Below are positions 50,301 through 61,370 of a stretch of DNA of 64,000 nt, piece after piece (positions within the stretch are counted from its first letter, which is position 1; the number at the start of each line of letters is the position of its first letter). The notes beneath the pieces were generated by a model. It did not search any database. It was not told the DNA's origin and was given only the letters and a program-made list of their open reading frames with translations. This stretch comes from Amoebophrya sp. A120 (lineage: Eukaryota; Protista; Dinoflagellata). The translations under genes were made by a program, and so were the position numbers. The DNA is taken from assembly GCA_905178155.1 (NCBI GenBank), contig CAJINV010000005.1:104254-168253 (forward strand). The letters run 5' to 3'.

Positions 50301-53300
50301 TTGGGCGACACATCGGGGTGCTGCGTGAGCAGGGAGGTCACCAGCCGCATCATGTGCTGCCAGAACGGCTTGGACTGCGGGTGGTGGATTTCCGCGCCGC
50401 TGCGCAGGTTCTTGTAGGCCTCATCGAACCCGTCGCGGATGTCCAAGTCGAACGCGAGTTGCGACCACCTCCGCTGCTTCACGGGGCGTCCGCCCTCCCG
50501 GTAGTCGTTGATCGGCCGGTACATCTGTGGTGGCGGCGCCGGGTCCATGTAGTTTGCGCGGGTGTTCGTCGGGTACACCGGCGTTTTGTTCTTGTCAAAC
50601 TGGTCCTTCAAACCGCGCACGCGGAAGACGCCGTCGTCGCCGGCCGCCGCGCCCGCTGCATCCGCCTCTCCTGCGGCAACATCAAGAGCACCATCTTCAG
50701 TTCCAGCGGCCGCACCCGCTGCGCCAGGCAGTTGTTGTGCCCCGGGAGCACCCGCAGCGGCTGCGCCTACTATGGTGCCATCCGGGTTTCGAATGATACC
50801 ATCGGGCCCTATTGCCGGGCCGGTTTGCTGTTTTGCCTCCTCTTCTTGCTTCAACCTCAGCAACTCCTCCTCCTGTCTGCGCAGTTCCTCCTCCTTTCGC
50901 TGCATTGCAAGTTGGATTTCGTAGTTCGGCTTTTTGAACTTCGGGTAAAGACTGCTTGGCCCACCCATAAAGGCCCGCCCCGCGGCCGGACCAACCGCGC
51001 CTTTCGCGAGTCCGGTGCCAGGCTTCGTAATTCCGGCCGCAACGCGCGCGGAGACGCTTTGCGCCTTACCGGGGGTGGCGACGCCGACTTCGGGGGGGAT
51101 AATCTCCTTGCTAAAGGTGTCGACATGCGTGTTCACGTGCACATCCTGCAAGTCACTGCCTGGCGCGAAGGTGACACTCTTTTGCCCGGGGTGCTGGTAA
51201 AACTCGTGCGAGCCTGGTGCGTCCGCCTGCGGCAGCGTCTCGCCCGCGGCGCCCCGGGGCGTGATGTCTTTGCCCGCGAATACCGGCTGCACGTCCGTCA
51301 ATTCGTCAAGCGGAATTCCGGGCTTCGGCGCGTACAAGTACTCCATACCAGGCACTTCTGCTCGCATGCCCACCACGTAGTCCAACCCGCGCAAAATGTC
51401 GGGCCCCTCTACGGGAATGCCCCGAAGCGCACCTGCTTCGTCCTCGCCGGCAGCGATGTACCCAACTCCGGACCCTTCGCCAATTGGCTCTCGTAGTGGC
51501 AGTACATGCTGCGCTTGCTGCTCCGAATACCGAAGCGCGTCATCCTCGTCTTCGCCCTCCGCGATGCTTCCGATGCCCCCGAAGCCGGATCCCTCGCCCG
51601 CTGGACCGGCTCTTCCAGGACTACGTGGTTGCAGCTGCGCACCTGCAGCCGCCTGTTCCTTTGCCGCGGCGGCCTTCGCGAAGCGGGCCCGCGAGGCGCT
51701 CGGATAAACCGGCGCCGCCCCCGCTTTGCTGTACGCAGGGATCCTTTGCGAAGGTATTCCCCCGTCATTTGGTTTTCGGGGGATTGGCAACAGCGGTCCC
51801 CGCCCGGCAGCAACTGCGCGGTCGCCCACGTGCATCGGCGGCCCCGTCTTTTGGATCATGTTCCCAGCACCCGTGAAGGGGCTACGTGCCGTTGTTCCTG
51901 CGCGGTCGCCCGGCACCTGCGGTTCGCTTCCGAACAACGCACCCACATCTCCGCTCCGCACTGCCGGGTTGGCGGGACTGGCGATAATCTGTCCGCCCGG
52001 TCCGACCAGGGCACCCGAAGACCGGGCGATGCGCGCCAAGTGCGCACGCGCTTCTGCGCTGCCCGCGTCGAGTGGGACACCGCCGCTGTGCTCCAGGTAT
52101 CCTGCCGGGTACGACTTTTGCAGCAACGAATTCCCGTCTTGCTGCAGATCCATCATCGCCTGCTGCGAAAGTTGCGGTGAACCGACCCGCAGCACCTGTG
52201 CCGCATGGTCGGCTGCGGCTGGCGACAACGGCGCATCACCAGAGCGGATCATTCTGCCACCCGCCCCGAGCGGCGATCGCGGTCCCGTACCGGTATGCGG
52301 AGCTAGTCCCGTTTGCAGCTGCTGCTGAAGCTGCATTTGCTCTCGCTGCTGGTGTTGCAGCTGCTCTTGCTGCATCTGTGCCATTTGCTGTTGGTACTGC
52401 GCCTCCTGCTCTTGCAGCTGCATTTCCTGTCGGTACTGAGCATCCTGCTGCTGTTGCAGCTGCATTTGATTCTCCTGCATTTGCTGCAGCTGCTGCTGCA
52501 TTTCCTGCTGCGGTATTTGCTGCTGTTGCATGTGCGACTGCTGCATTTGCTGCTGATACTGGCGCTGCTGCTGCATTTGTTGTTGCAATTGCAGCTGCAA
52601 CCTCTGCTCTTCCGACATGGCCCGCTGCATTTGCGCAACGCGTCGCTGCTCGATCTCCCTTTGCCGTTGCGCAGCAGCTGCCCGTCTTTCCAGTTCGCGG
52701 TTTTCCTCGGAAGTCCGTACCAGCGGCTCGACGATCTCGTCGACTGCTTTTTGCCGCGCGGCGGGATCCATTGATCTCGTTCTCATCAGCGCGGCGATCA
52801 GCGCCTCGATCTGGCTGTGATAGCCGCGTGCAAGGTCCGCCAGCCCCGGTCGCCCCGTCTCCTGCTCGAGCTCGAGAGCGTACTGCACCACGGCACCGAA
52901 AAGTTTCTTCGGAGTCGTGTCCACATTGGCGTCTACCACCTTCGCGTCCACCAGCGCCATACACACACGCTCAATGTGCGCCCAGAAAACAGGCTCGTGC
53001 TCGGTCCAAAACGATTTCGCCTGGTTTTACAAGTGAGCTTGGTTTAGTTCTATCTCTACTTGTTTTTTACTGTTTCTAGTACGTGTCAACATGCGGTCCG
53101 ACGTCCAAGAAACTTTCAGCTACTGAAAGAGAACATATTCATCCTGTCAAGCTCACGATCTTGCTGTCGCAAACGAAATTATACTTAAGTACTTCACTTC
53201 AACATCGAAAAATAAGTACCACGTGCAAGCCGGATCCGACCCTACTCGTGCGTTTTTCTGGCAGGTAAACTGAATCTGTGCCGGATTCTATCGCGCCCAT

Positions 53301-56300
53301 GGCGGAGCCCTCGCCGTCGCGGCTGCCGGCGAAGGCCCCACTGCCCGGGTCCCCGCTCCCCCTGCCTTCGCTGCTCCCGAATCCTCCGCCACTTTGCGCT
53401 TCTTCGCCAAAGCCACCGCCACTTCCGGATTCGCCGAAGCCTGCGGGCTGGCCGTCGTCCTCGGCTTCTCCATCCTGGAAGCCCTCCCCGCTTTCTCCCG
53501 GCTCACCACTCTCGCCACCAAAGCCGCCTGATCCGGTTTGAGGTTGTCCGAAGCCCCCGCCGCTTCCCATGCTTCCCGGCGCATCTTCTAATTGTTCACC
53601 GCTTCCGGTCATGCTGCCCTGTGCGGCTTCTGCCATGCTTCCACGCGCCTCTCCTCCTGTATCATCGTCCTCGAAACTACCGCCTTGCGTGCTCATCGGC
53701 GCTCCGCTCATAGCTGCAGTTCCGCTCATCGGAGCTCCGCTCATACTGGTTGGCGCTCCGCCTCCGCTTACCTGGCCTCCGGATCCACTTCTTGGGCCTC
53801 CGGATCCGCTCCTCGGGCCTCCAGATCCACTTATAGCGGCACCGCCACCGCTGCCGGGGCCACCGGATCCGCTCATTGGGCCTCCAGAGCCACTCATAGC
53901 GGCACCGCCTCCGCTTGTGGGACCCCCGGATCCGCTCATCGGACCTCCAGACCCACTCATAGCGGCACCGCCTCCGCTGCCGGGGCCTCCGGATCCGCTC
54001 ATGACAGCGCCACTTCCGCCTCCCGAACCTGGAGCGCCGCTCATCGGAGCTCCACCTCCACTCCTCATCGAACCTGGACCAGCGCCGCTCATCGGAGCTC
54101 CGCTGCCGCTCCTCGGGGCTCCGCTTCCGCTCATCGGAGCTCCGCTTCCGCTCCTCGGAGCTCCGCTTCCGCTCATCGATCCAGGAGCGCCGCTTGCCGG
54201 ACCTCCACCTCCACTTCTCATCGAACCTGGACGAGCGCCGCTCATCGGACCTCCGCCTCCACTTCTCATTGAGCCGGGCGATCCGCTCATCGGAGCTCCA
54301 CTACCGCTCATAGGCGCTCCGCTACCGCTCATCGACCCTGGAGCGCCGCTCATCGGACCTGCGGCCACGCCGCCTTGCCCGGGCCTTTGCTGCCCTTCTT
54401 GAAACATCCAGTGCGCGTCTGCATCTCCGCCTCCGCTTCCCGGATCTCCTGCCCCACTCCCGGGAGCGTCCATCATAGCAGCACTTCCCCTGGCACCGCC
54501 GCCACTTCCGGGTTGACCCCCGGATCCCGGAGGGGGTGAGCCTGCACGCGATCCCGCACGAGAACCTGCTCCTCTAGATCCTGGAAGACCCGCAGATCCC
54601 GGACCGCCAGACCCCGGAGGCATACTTCCAGGCATCGCACCGGAGCCGGGAACACCACCAGATGCGGGGAAACCGCCGGAGCCGCTACCACCCGACCCCG
54701 GGGGGAGACTTCCGGGGATCGGGCCGATTCCAACCGACGCTAGCGCCTCGGCGTCCGCGGCTTGCTGCATGGGGTCTTCGCGACGGCTGCTGAGCCGCCG
54801 ACTACTCAATCGTTCTGATCCACCGCCCGGGCCTCCGGGATGCGATGGTGCTCCATCGGTAGTCATTCGTCCCGACATAAGCTGTCCCGATTCCAGTCCG
54901 GCACGGGACTCGAGTCCAGCCATCTCATTCAGTGCTGGCTCCTGGATAGCTCCGGTGAACATACCGCCGGGCACTTGTAGGTGCGCTGGAAGCTCGTTGT
55001 ATCCTTCGAGGGCCATGATATCGATGGGTTCCGGGGGCGGTTGCATCGGTTGCTTCGCCGAACGCGCGCCTGGCACTTGACTGTCCCGCATCTCGCTCCC
55101 GTCCTCACCTCCGAGTCCACCTTCTGCTCCGTCAGCTCCCTCTGCTGCAGAAGATATCCCGTGCGAAAGTATCGTACTTGTACGTAGTAATTGCAGTTCT
55201 ACTGCATCTTACCTGAGTGAGCATCTTTCCCGATGATGTAAAAATGCAACTACTAGTAGGTACGATGCTTTTGCACTGGATAGAAGAGCGTCGCCCACCA
55301 CTCCCAGCACTTTTCAATCCCTCTGCGGCAAGGATATCGATCGGGTCCGGCCGCTCCTCCTTCGTCTCCTCGATCAGATTGATTCGTGCACCGCCCATTG
55401 CGCGCCACGGCGTGATCAGATACCCCTGCGGCGGAGCGCGGCCTTCGAGTAAGTGCAGCACCTCTTCCTGGTGCATGCGCAGCGCCTCCAGATACCCGAT
55501 GGCCCAGCCACGAAACTTTTGCACCGAGTCCAGCTGTGCGGCGCAGTGCGCCATGTCCTCGAGCAGATCCGGTCCGAGCAGCCCGGTGCGACCCCGGAGC
55601 CGCCCGTACTCGCGCATTGCGTCCCAGAAGTGGCCGTACCTGGGACCCAGAATGATCTCGCCGCAAAACCGGTCCGCCGCCAGTTCATGCAGCGCTTCGC
55701 TGTCCCGGCCCACTGCGCGCAGCTCCGCGTCCATCACACGAGCGCGTTCCTGAGAAGAGATAGAGAAAGCGCTCAGCATAAATCATCATGATGAGAATTA
55801 TGGTCGACTGTCTTTTTAGCTCCGATGAGAGCGCGGCTTTATTAAGCGCTTGCTCATAACAAAGGGAAGTTTTTGTGACATACAACTGCCTTGCGCTGGC
55901 TTATCATGTGAAAAGAACCTCAAAAAAATGTCCTCCTGCTATACCCTCATCATCATCTCCCCGCCGTCCGGCAACGTGTTGAGCTCGCGGCGCTGCAACC
56001 GCTGCTTCACTACCCAGTTGCGCAAGGTGTCCTTCTGCCTCTGCATCCGGTCCTGCGAGATCGGCGCGCCCGCCGCCAGGATGATGTCGACCCGGCTCTC
56101 CACCATCGGCACCAAATTGGGCTGCGGGTGGTAAAACTCTCGCGTGCCGCACACTTCGTCGATCCGCTTCGCGAACATCCGGACGCCGGCGAGCAGCGTC
56201 TCGCCGTCCAGGTGCAGCACCGCCTGAAACTGCAAAATCGCCCGCGATAGGTTCATCCACGGGTCACGCAGAATGCGCGGCCCCAGCTCCTTGGCGTGTT

Positions 56301-59300
56301 TCTCCGGCGGGTTGCTGGGGTCGTACCGGACGAACTCATTGTTCCGCGCGGTCAGGTCCAAGTGCGCCAGCCCCAAAGCGAGCGCCCGGGCCTGGTTCAG
56401 CGGCGACATGCGCCCGAAGTCCCACGGGGTCGTGCGCGGGTCGAAAGCCTTTTGCATGCGGATGAACTGGTCCCCCATTCCGAGCCCCGCCGGCGCGGGC
56501 AGCTCCAGGTCGCGGTTGCTCACCGGTAGATCGCCGGCCCCGACCGTGGTCGCCTTGATGCTATACTGGTCGAACTCAGTCATGTATGCAAAGGAAAAAG
56601 TGCTGCAGCTATACACATTGTATTGCAGGTCAAGCAAGAAAGAGCAGCTCTGTCATGCCAGCTATGCTCAGAAACCTCGTTTGGTGCGTGTTTTCCCATC
56701 CGTCCCCTCATCATGATCTCTGCACTGCAAGTTTTCTCTGTCATGCAGAAAAAATTTGTGTCGCTGAATCTGAAGTTACAACGAATGTGTATATCTGTAC
56801 CATTTTTAGTACGATATCATGGGCGGCTTGGCGCGGCCCTCGGTTTCCGCGAGCCGCGCGTACTCCCGCTGGTAGGCTTCGAACACGTCCGGGTCCAGTA
56901 TAACCTGCTCATGTGTTGCCATGATCTCAACTGTCTTTCCGACAGAGTCTGGACTTTATCTTGTTGCATGGACAGAATGAGTAACATACAGGGCCGTGCG
57001 CTTTTCGCAATACAAATTTCGCCAGATTCTAGTGCGGTTTGGGGCTCCTGCAGAACCAACTCTAAAAATTCTTCCAAAAGTATGTCAGACTCAGATCTCG
57101 CACGTTTTGCATCACAAGTCTGCTCCGTTTCTAAATTAATCGTAATCATTTGAGACTGCAAGTGCAACACGTGAGCGGGCCATATCCAGTGGCCGGCCGG
57201 TGACCTGCTCGAACTGCTCGGGCGTGTACGGGTGCGCAGTGCGCCAGTCGAAGTCCTTCAGCACCTTCACCTTGGGCACCACCACCTTCGGGAGCGGCGC
57301 CGGGGCCTTCGCGCCCTTGTGCTCTGGCCGGTCGAAAACGTTTCCCTTCTCGTCCGTGTCGTAGACCGACGACCGGGTCAGCAGCCGCTGCTCGTCCTCG
57401 AACTTTTCTCGCCAGGTCAACTCCCTCCCACGGTAGCTGGTGTCGCTCTTCAGCTGCGCCGCCTGCGCTTCCCGCATACCCTTGTGGTCGGGGTCCCGGA
57501 ACTTCCGCGGGTCAATCGGCTTCCCGGGCTGCGGCACGTTCATGGCCGTGGCCGCGTAGCCCTTGTGGTCCTTGCGGCTGTACTATCCAAGAAAAAAACG
57601 CTGCTAGTGTAAATTTCTGATGCGCAACATGCAAGATGATTGCGTCTGTCATGCTTGGCATGCATCGTAGGGTCTATTAAAGGGCGTTTTCACGTGCTAT
57701 CTGCGCATGACAGGTTTTTGCTGTCATGCCCTCGCAAATTTGTAATGCTGTTCCTCCAAAAAAGTTACACCTACAATGTTTTTTTCTTGGATATGTACCC
57801 CTTCACCCCGTACGCGTACCCCTCTCTGCCGGCAAACACCGACCCAACCTCCTTGTCCAAGATACTCTCGCGCTTTACCCGGTCGCGCCAGCTCTTCTGC
57901 GGATCCATCTTTCCCGTCTCGGCGAACCGCTGCATTTTCGTGCGGATGTCCATCTTGCTCTCCTTCATCTCGTCGGGGCTGGCGCCGAACCCCCCGACGT
58001 TCTCCATCGTGAGCGATTGCTATCAGAGTGCATAACTCGTCCCTCGCATTTTTATTTGTCATACTTACAAAAGCGACCCTTTGCAGGTTGTCTGTGTTGC
58101 TAGACATTGTGCACGACGAGGGGAAGTTGTGCACTCTCATAACTGCCGCCTCTCCTCCATCGTCTTCGCGGCGCTGTCCCGCGGCCGACCGGGGCTGGTG
58201 GGCGAGACCTCGGGCGTCGGATCCGCCTCCTCCTCGTACTCCTCAAAAATCTCAAACGTCCCTCTTTCCGCGATCTATCCCATGTAAAAATGTCCCCATG
58301 ACCGCAGCCTTGGCATGCAGCTCTGCATCTACAAAGACACTTGTAATGCACATCCCCATGAGATGGATTTGTCGTCGTGTCTTGCCATTTGTGATTCTGT
58401 GAAACCTAACCAGGAGAAGCAGGCGTCTTTGTGATGCGAATATTCTTCTTAACCTGCACTGCACTACAGAGATAAAGTTGTCATGCATGACTCCAAATAA
58501 GTAAAACAACTTCTGGACTTGTACTGCAAGAGTTCGCAGCTTGACTCTGGACTTTGGGCCCGATTTTTACACAGGATACGATCAGTTCTTGTGTGATTTC
58601 CTCCATCGGCACGAGAATCAGCTCCCCGTGGTCGTCGGGAAACGCGGCGTAAAGCTTCCTCGTGGATTTTGGAGGCTTTTTCTCCCCCACATTCACCAGC
58701 GTCTCCGTGTGTTCGTCCCATCGCCGCTGAGACGCGCCGTCCCGAACCAGAATTTGGTTGTTCCCCAGGTCGAGTAAGTCGTCCTTGTGGTACACTGTAC
58801 CGACTTCAGTGTCGATCTGGTGGTGAAAAGGGTTATTTAGGAAAAATGCAGCAAATTGTTTTTTTTTTTTTCCATCATGATGTAACCCGATTATATCACC
58901 GCAAAACTCAAGCTCAACACAAGAATGTCGCGATGAACTCTGGCTGTCTACTAAAAGTAAAAGTCAAAGTATCGCAAGAAAAAAGTGTTACAGTTACACA
59001 TTTGTTGGAGTTTCTGCATCACAAATTTTCTCTGTCTGGCAGAGAAAACTCGTAATGCGAAGAAGATCATAAGGGAAAATATGTAGGAAACGAGGCTCGC
59101 AAGCATTTCCTGCATGACAAAGGTTGTCTGTATTGCGGCTTCTGCAACACAAAAAATCATACCGTCCCCGCCTTCAATCCCATGGCCTGGATGCAGCGCT
59201 CGTCGATGTCTTTCCCCTTCCGCTGCACGACCTGCTTCACGTTTTTCAGAGCGTCGGAAATCACCCCTTTGGTACTTAACAATTAGCTATGCGATGCAAA

Positions 59301-61370
59301 TTTGTCTGGGCCTGGAGAGATGTGACACGGATTCTGGAACTACGGCACACGCACGGGCAAAGTTTTGCATTGCATGGTTCGCAAAAGCTGCGCGCTTTTG
59401 TCTCCGAAACAGAGTACTTCTCATGCAGACAATGCATGGAAAAGCCTCCGCTTAATTTACCATGCTACGTATTTTTTTCCAGACACAAAAACTGCATGCA
59501 AAATGTCTCCTTTCATCTTCCAGACCTAGACATCATATTTACAGTGCGTATTCGTCTAACGCCTTCTGCCCCTCGTCGTAGATCTGCTGGAGAATTTCCT
59601 CCCTTGTCTTCCGCATTTTCACCTGGTTCAGGTAATCCAAGGCCTGCGCCTGCTCCATCTGCCGCTGCTGAAACTGGTGCTTCTTCTCCATCAGGTCCTT
59701 CTTGAAAGACTCGAGCTCGCCCTCCTGCAGGCGAAAAAACTCGAACCGCACCTGATTTTGCTTTTCGTGTTCCCTATCAAGTGCAAAAATGTCTGGGTCT
59801 GGAAGAGTGCCAGACTTGCCATGCAGGTTTTCCATGACTTATGAGGTCTGGCATGTAGGACATAGCATGACAGATTCTGTGAGAGTTCTATCATGCCTAT
59901 CCTGCATTAGAAACTGCCTCTCGATTAGGTCAAAAGTGGACAGCTTTTGGCAATCATGCAGCGCAGATCTTTACATGATTCACATTTAGCATGACAAGCT
60001 GCTTTGTTCCACACCCAGACATTTTTGCATTTGATATTCTCGCTCGAGCTGCAACTTGTTCGCCTTCATCAACGTGCCAAAAATCTGGTTCCACTGGTTC
60101 GCGTACAGGTCTTATCAAACGCAAAAGTGTCTGCGTCTGGAAGGTTGGAACTTGTAATGCTGTCTTTGGATTCTGAAAAAATCTGCATTGCATGACCAGC
60201 AGCAGGACTCCAGTTTGTGTTACGCGGAGAGGGCATTTCTCATGCGAAATAGGCATTAGGAAGCCCTCTAAAAATCTAATCTGTGTTGCTAGATCATGCA
60301 TTACAGGCATCAGGCGTCATGCAAAAAATGCATGACAAACCTGGCACTCTTCCAGGCCCAGACATATTTGCATTTGATAGGTCTTCGAGGTACATGGACT
60401 GCTCTTTCAGCAAGGCCTCTTCTCGCTGGTCCGACACGACATTCTCCACATTGACCGTCACCCGCGGCGTAACCACCACCTCCCCGTTCTCCATCCCCAC
60501 CTCGTTTTTCACATTCACGGACACGTTTGGGTTGACTTGAACCGGTGTCGCACTGCTCGTTTTCCCTGCCGCGCTACCCGGCGGACCGGCGCGACCCCTG
60601 ACGAGAGATGGATTTTTCAGCTATGAATTAGTGTCTGACGTTTAGTGTTCAACATCGTTTGCAAATTTTTCGTCTTTATCCTCAAGTAAAATTAAAAAAA
60701 GGCCGCTCTACATGAAATGAAACTACAGCATTGTACATGATAATCGTGTCCGTTTCCTTTTTTTTGTCACTCAACTTGATCTTGATCTTCTTTCCCTCCG
60801 GTGCCTTCTGGTAGTCCAACAGGAGGTGATCCACTTCGCGGGCCGCGTTCGCCCCGCCCAGGTTGGAACTGAGCTCCGAGCGGCTTTCCGCCTGGCTGGT
60901 GTTCAAGCTGGACACGTCGTCCTCCGTCTTGTAGATTTTGTCCCTCAGCCGGCTGATCAGCTGCAGCTGCGTACTGGTTCGCCCGGCGGTCCCATCCTTC
61001 TTCAGGTTCAAGTAGCTCAGATTTTCCAACACCTGCATAGAGTTGTCCACGGGGTCGTCCGAGACCCGGTTTCGCAGCATCACGTGTGCCTCCAACAACC
61101 GGGCCGACCGCAACGCGTCCGGTGAAAGACTCCCCTCGCGCACGTAGGACCCGCTCGGGTCCCTCTTGAACGAGGTCCCTCCTTCGTGCAGCGACATGCC
61201 GTGGGGACTGCGCTGGGAGCTGCGCGGGCTGCTGGTTCGCGAGCCTCGCGGGCTCATCCGACTGGACTTCCGCTTCGGGGCGCCTTCGCCCGGGGAGCTT
61301 TGCGGCGCGGAACCGCCGGGAACTGGAGTGTGTCGGTAGTTGTTGATGCAGATCTTTATTTTGGTCGTGC
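41391..61370 (-). CDS. Giant multi-exon low-complexity/repeat protein (about 5,500 aa in this span)
   Basis: The 2293-, 1426-, 630-, 215-, 232-, 135- and 191-aa ORFs and smaller exons join in frame across nine TIR introns and GT-AG introns 53021-53270, 55750-55944, 58817-59162, 59275-59542 and 60598-60775. The same helical module recurs in several exons. Confidence 0.8.
42330..42765 (-). repeat. Three copies of a ~36-aa His/Gly-containing coding repeat
   Basis: [35 protein letters not shown] three times with substitutions. Confidence 0.9.
44950..46225 (-). repeat. Coding 15-bp tandem repeat encoding R(D/E)PS(N/G) pentapeptides
   Basis: Dozens of [10 protein letters not shown] units; near-perfect 30-bp periodicity at ~45300-45520 and 15-bp periodicity at ~46000-46120. 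Confidence 0.95.
48388..48696. mobile_element. TIR (MITE-like) intron, 309 bp
   Basis: Left TATGAAAATCAAAAACTTTCTTGTCAGTGG vs reverse-complemented right TATCGAGGTGAAAACTTCTTTTCAGTGG. TSD CGGTG/AGGTG. Removal gives PTFT-AQWDHL in frame. Confidence 0.8.
48870..49070 (-). repeat. Two-copy 32-aa (96-bp) coding tandem duplication
   Basis: [10 protein letters not shown](D/N)(M/I)TPKGGS(L/T)(V/M)HPRGNP(G/S)QAVLE twice. Confidence 0.85.
52310..52620 (-). repeat. Coding poly-Gln-rich (CAG/CAA) tract
   Basis: [23 protein letters not shown]... in the 1426-aa ORF. Confidence 0.9.
53690..54400 (-). repeat. Coding Gly/Ser-rich repeat (PMSGSG[A/G] units)
   Basis: Repeated ccgctcatcggagc(t) on the plus strand; translation [15 protein letters not shown]... 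Confidence 0.9.
55155..55282. mobile_element. TIR intron, 128 bp
   Basis: TATCCCGTGCGAAAGTATCGTAC vs TATCCAGTGCAAAAGCATCGTAC. Perfect TSD GAAGA. Removal gives [11 protein letters not shown] in frame. Confidence 0.9.
56585..56816. mobile_element. TIR intron, 232 bp (degenerate TIR)
   Basis: TAT...ATA ends sharing the inverted core CAG(C/A)TATACACATT. Perfect TSD TCATG. Removal gives KPPM-TEFDQ. Confidence 0.82.
56899..57184. mobile_element. TIR intron, 286 bp
   Basis: TATAACCTGCTCATGTGTTGC vs TATGGCCCGCTCACGTGTTGC. Perfect TSD TCCAG. Removal gives GRPLD-PDVFE. Confidence 0.88.
57584..57793. mobile_element. TIR intron, 210 bp
   Basis: TATCCAAGAAAAAAACGCTGCTAGTGTAAATTT vs TATCCAAGAAAAAAACATTGTAGGTGTAACTTT (first 16 bp perfect). 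Perfect TSD TGTAC. Removal gives [11 protein letters not shown]. Confidence 0.92.
58021..58141. mobile_element. TIR intron, 121 bp
   Basis: TATCAGAGTGCATAACT vs TATGAGAGTGCACAACT. TSD ATTGC/ACTGC (the mismatch is synonymous, CAA/CAG). Removal gives ERRQ-SLTMEN. Confidence 0.87.
58276..58578. mobile_element. TIR intron, 303 bp
   Basis: TATCCCATGTAAAAAT vs TATCCTGTGTAAAAAT. Perfect TSD CGATC. Removal gives [11 protein letters not shown]. Confidence 0.88.
59288..59542. mobile_element. Degenerate relic of the 59775/60113 TIR family inside a probable GT-AG intron
   Basis: Left TATGCGATGCAAATTTGTCTGGGCCTGGAGAGA and reverse-complemented right ATGTCTAGGTCTGGAAGA resemble the family TIR. No intact TSD. 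Confidence 0.65.
59775..60036. mobile_element. TIR intron, 262 bp
   Basis: TATCAAGTGCAAAAATGTCTGGGTCTGGAA vs TATCAAATGCAAAAATGTCTGGGTGTGGAA (28/30). TSD TTCCC/TTCTC. Removal gives [13 protein letters not shown]. Confidence 0.93.
60113..60379. mobile_element. TIR intron, 267 bp; same family as 59775-60036, apparently in the opposite orientation
   Basis: TATCAAACGCAAAAGTGTCTGCGTCTGGAA vs TATCAAATGCAAATATGTCTGGGCCTGGAA. Perfect TSD GGTCT. Removal gives [13 protein letters not shown]. Confidence 0.93.

Noticed and set aside
49967-53079. Plus-strand ORFs of 509 and 335 aa
   Set aside because: Antisense to the 1426-aa exon; explained by high GC3 and CAG repeats, with no recognisable domains.
55155-58578. 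Idea that TIR mismatches are biased to G-U pairs on the transcribed strand
   Set aside because: Checked in three elements: 58276 fits (2/2), 56899 is mixed and 55155 does not fit. No consistent signal.
48388-60379. Reading the giant gene as a transposon-riddled pseudogene
   Set aside because: The exons have no stops or frameshifts over more than 16 kb of coding sequence, and every junction restores the frame.
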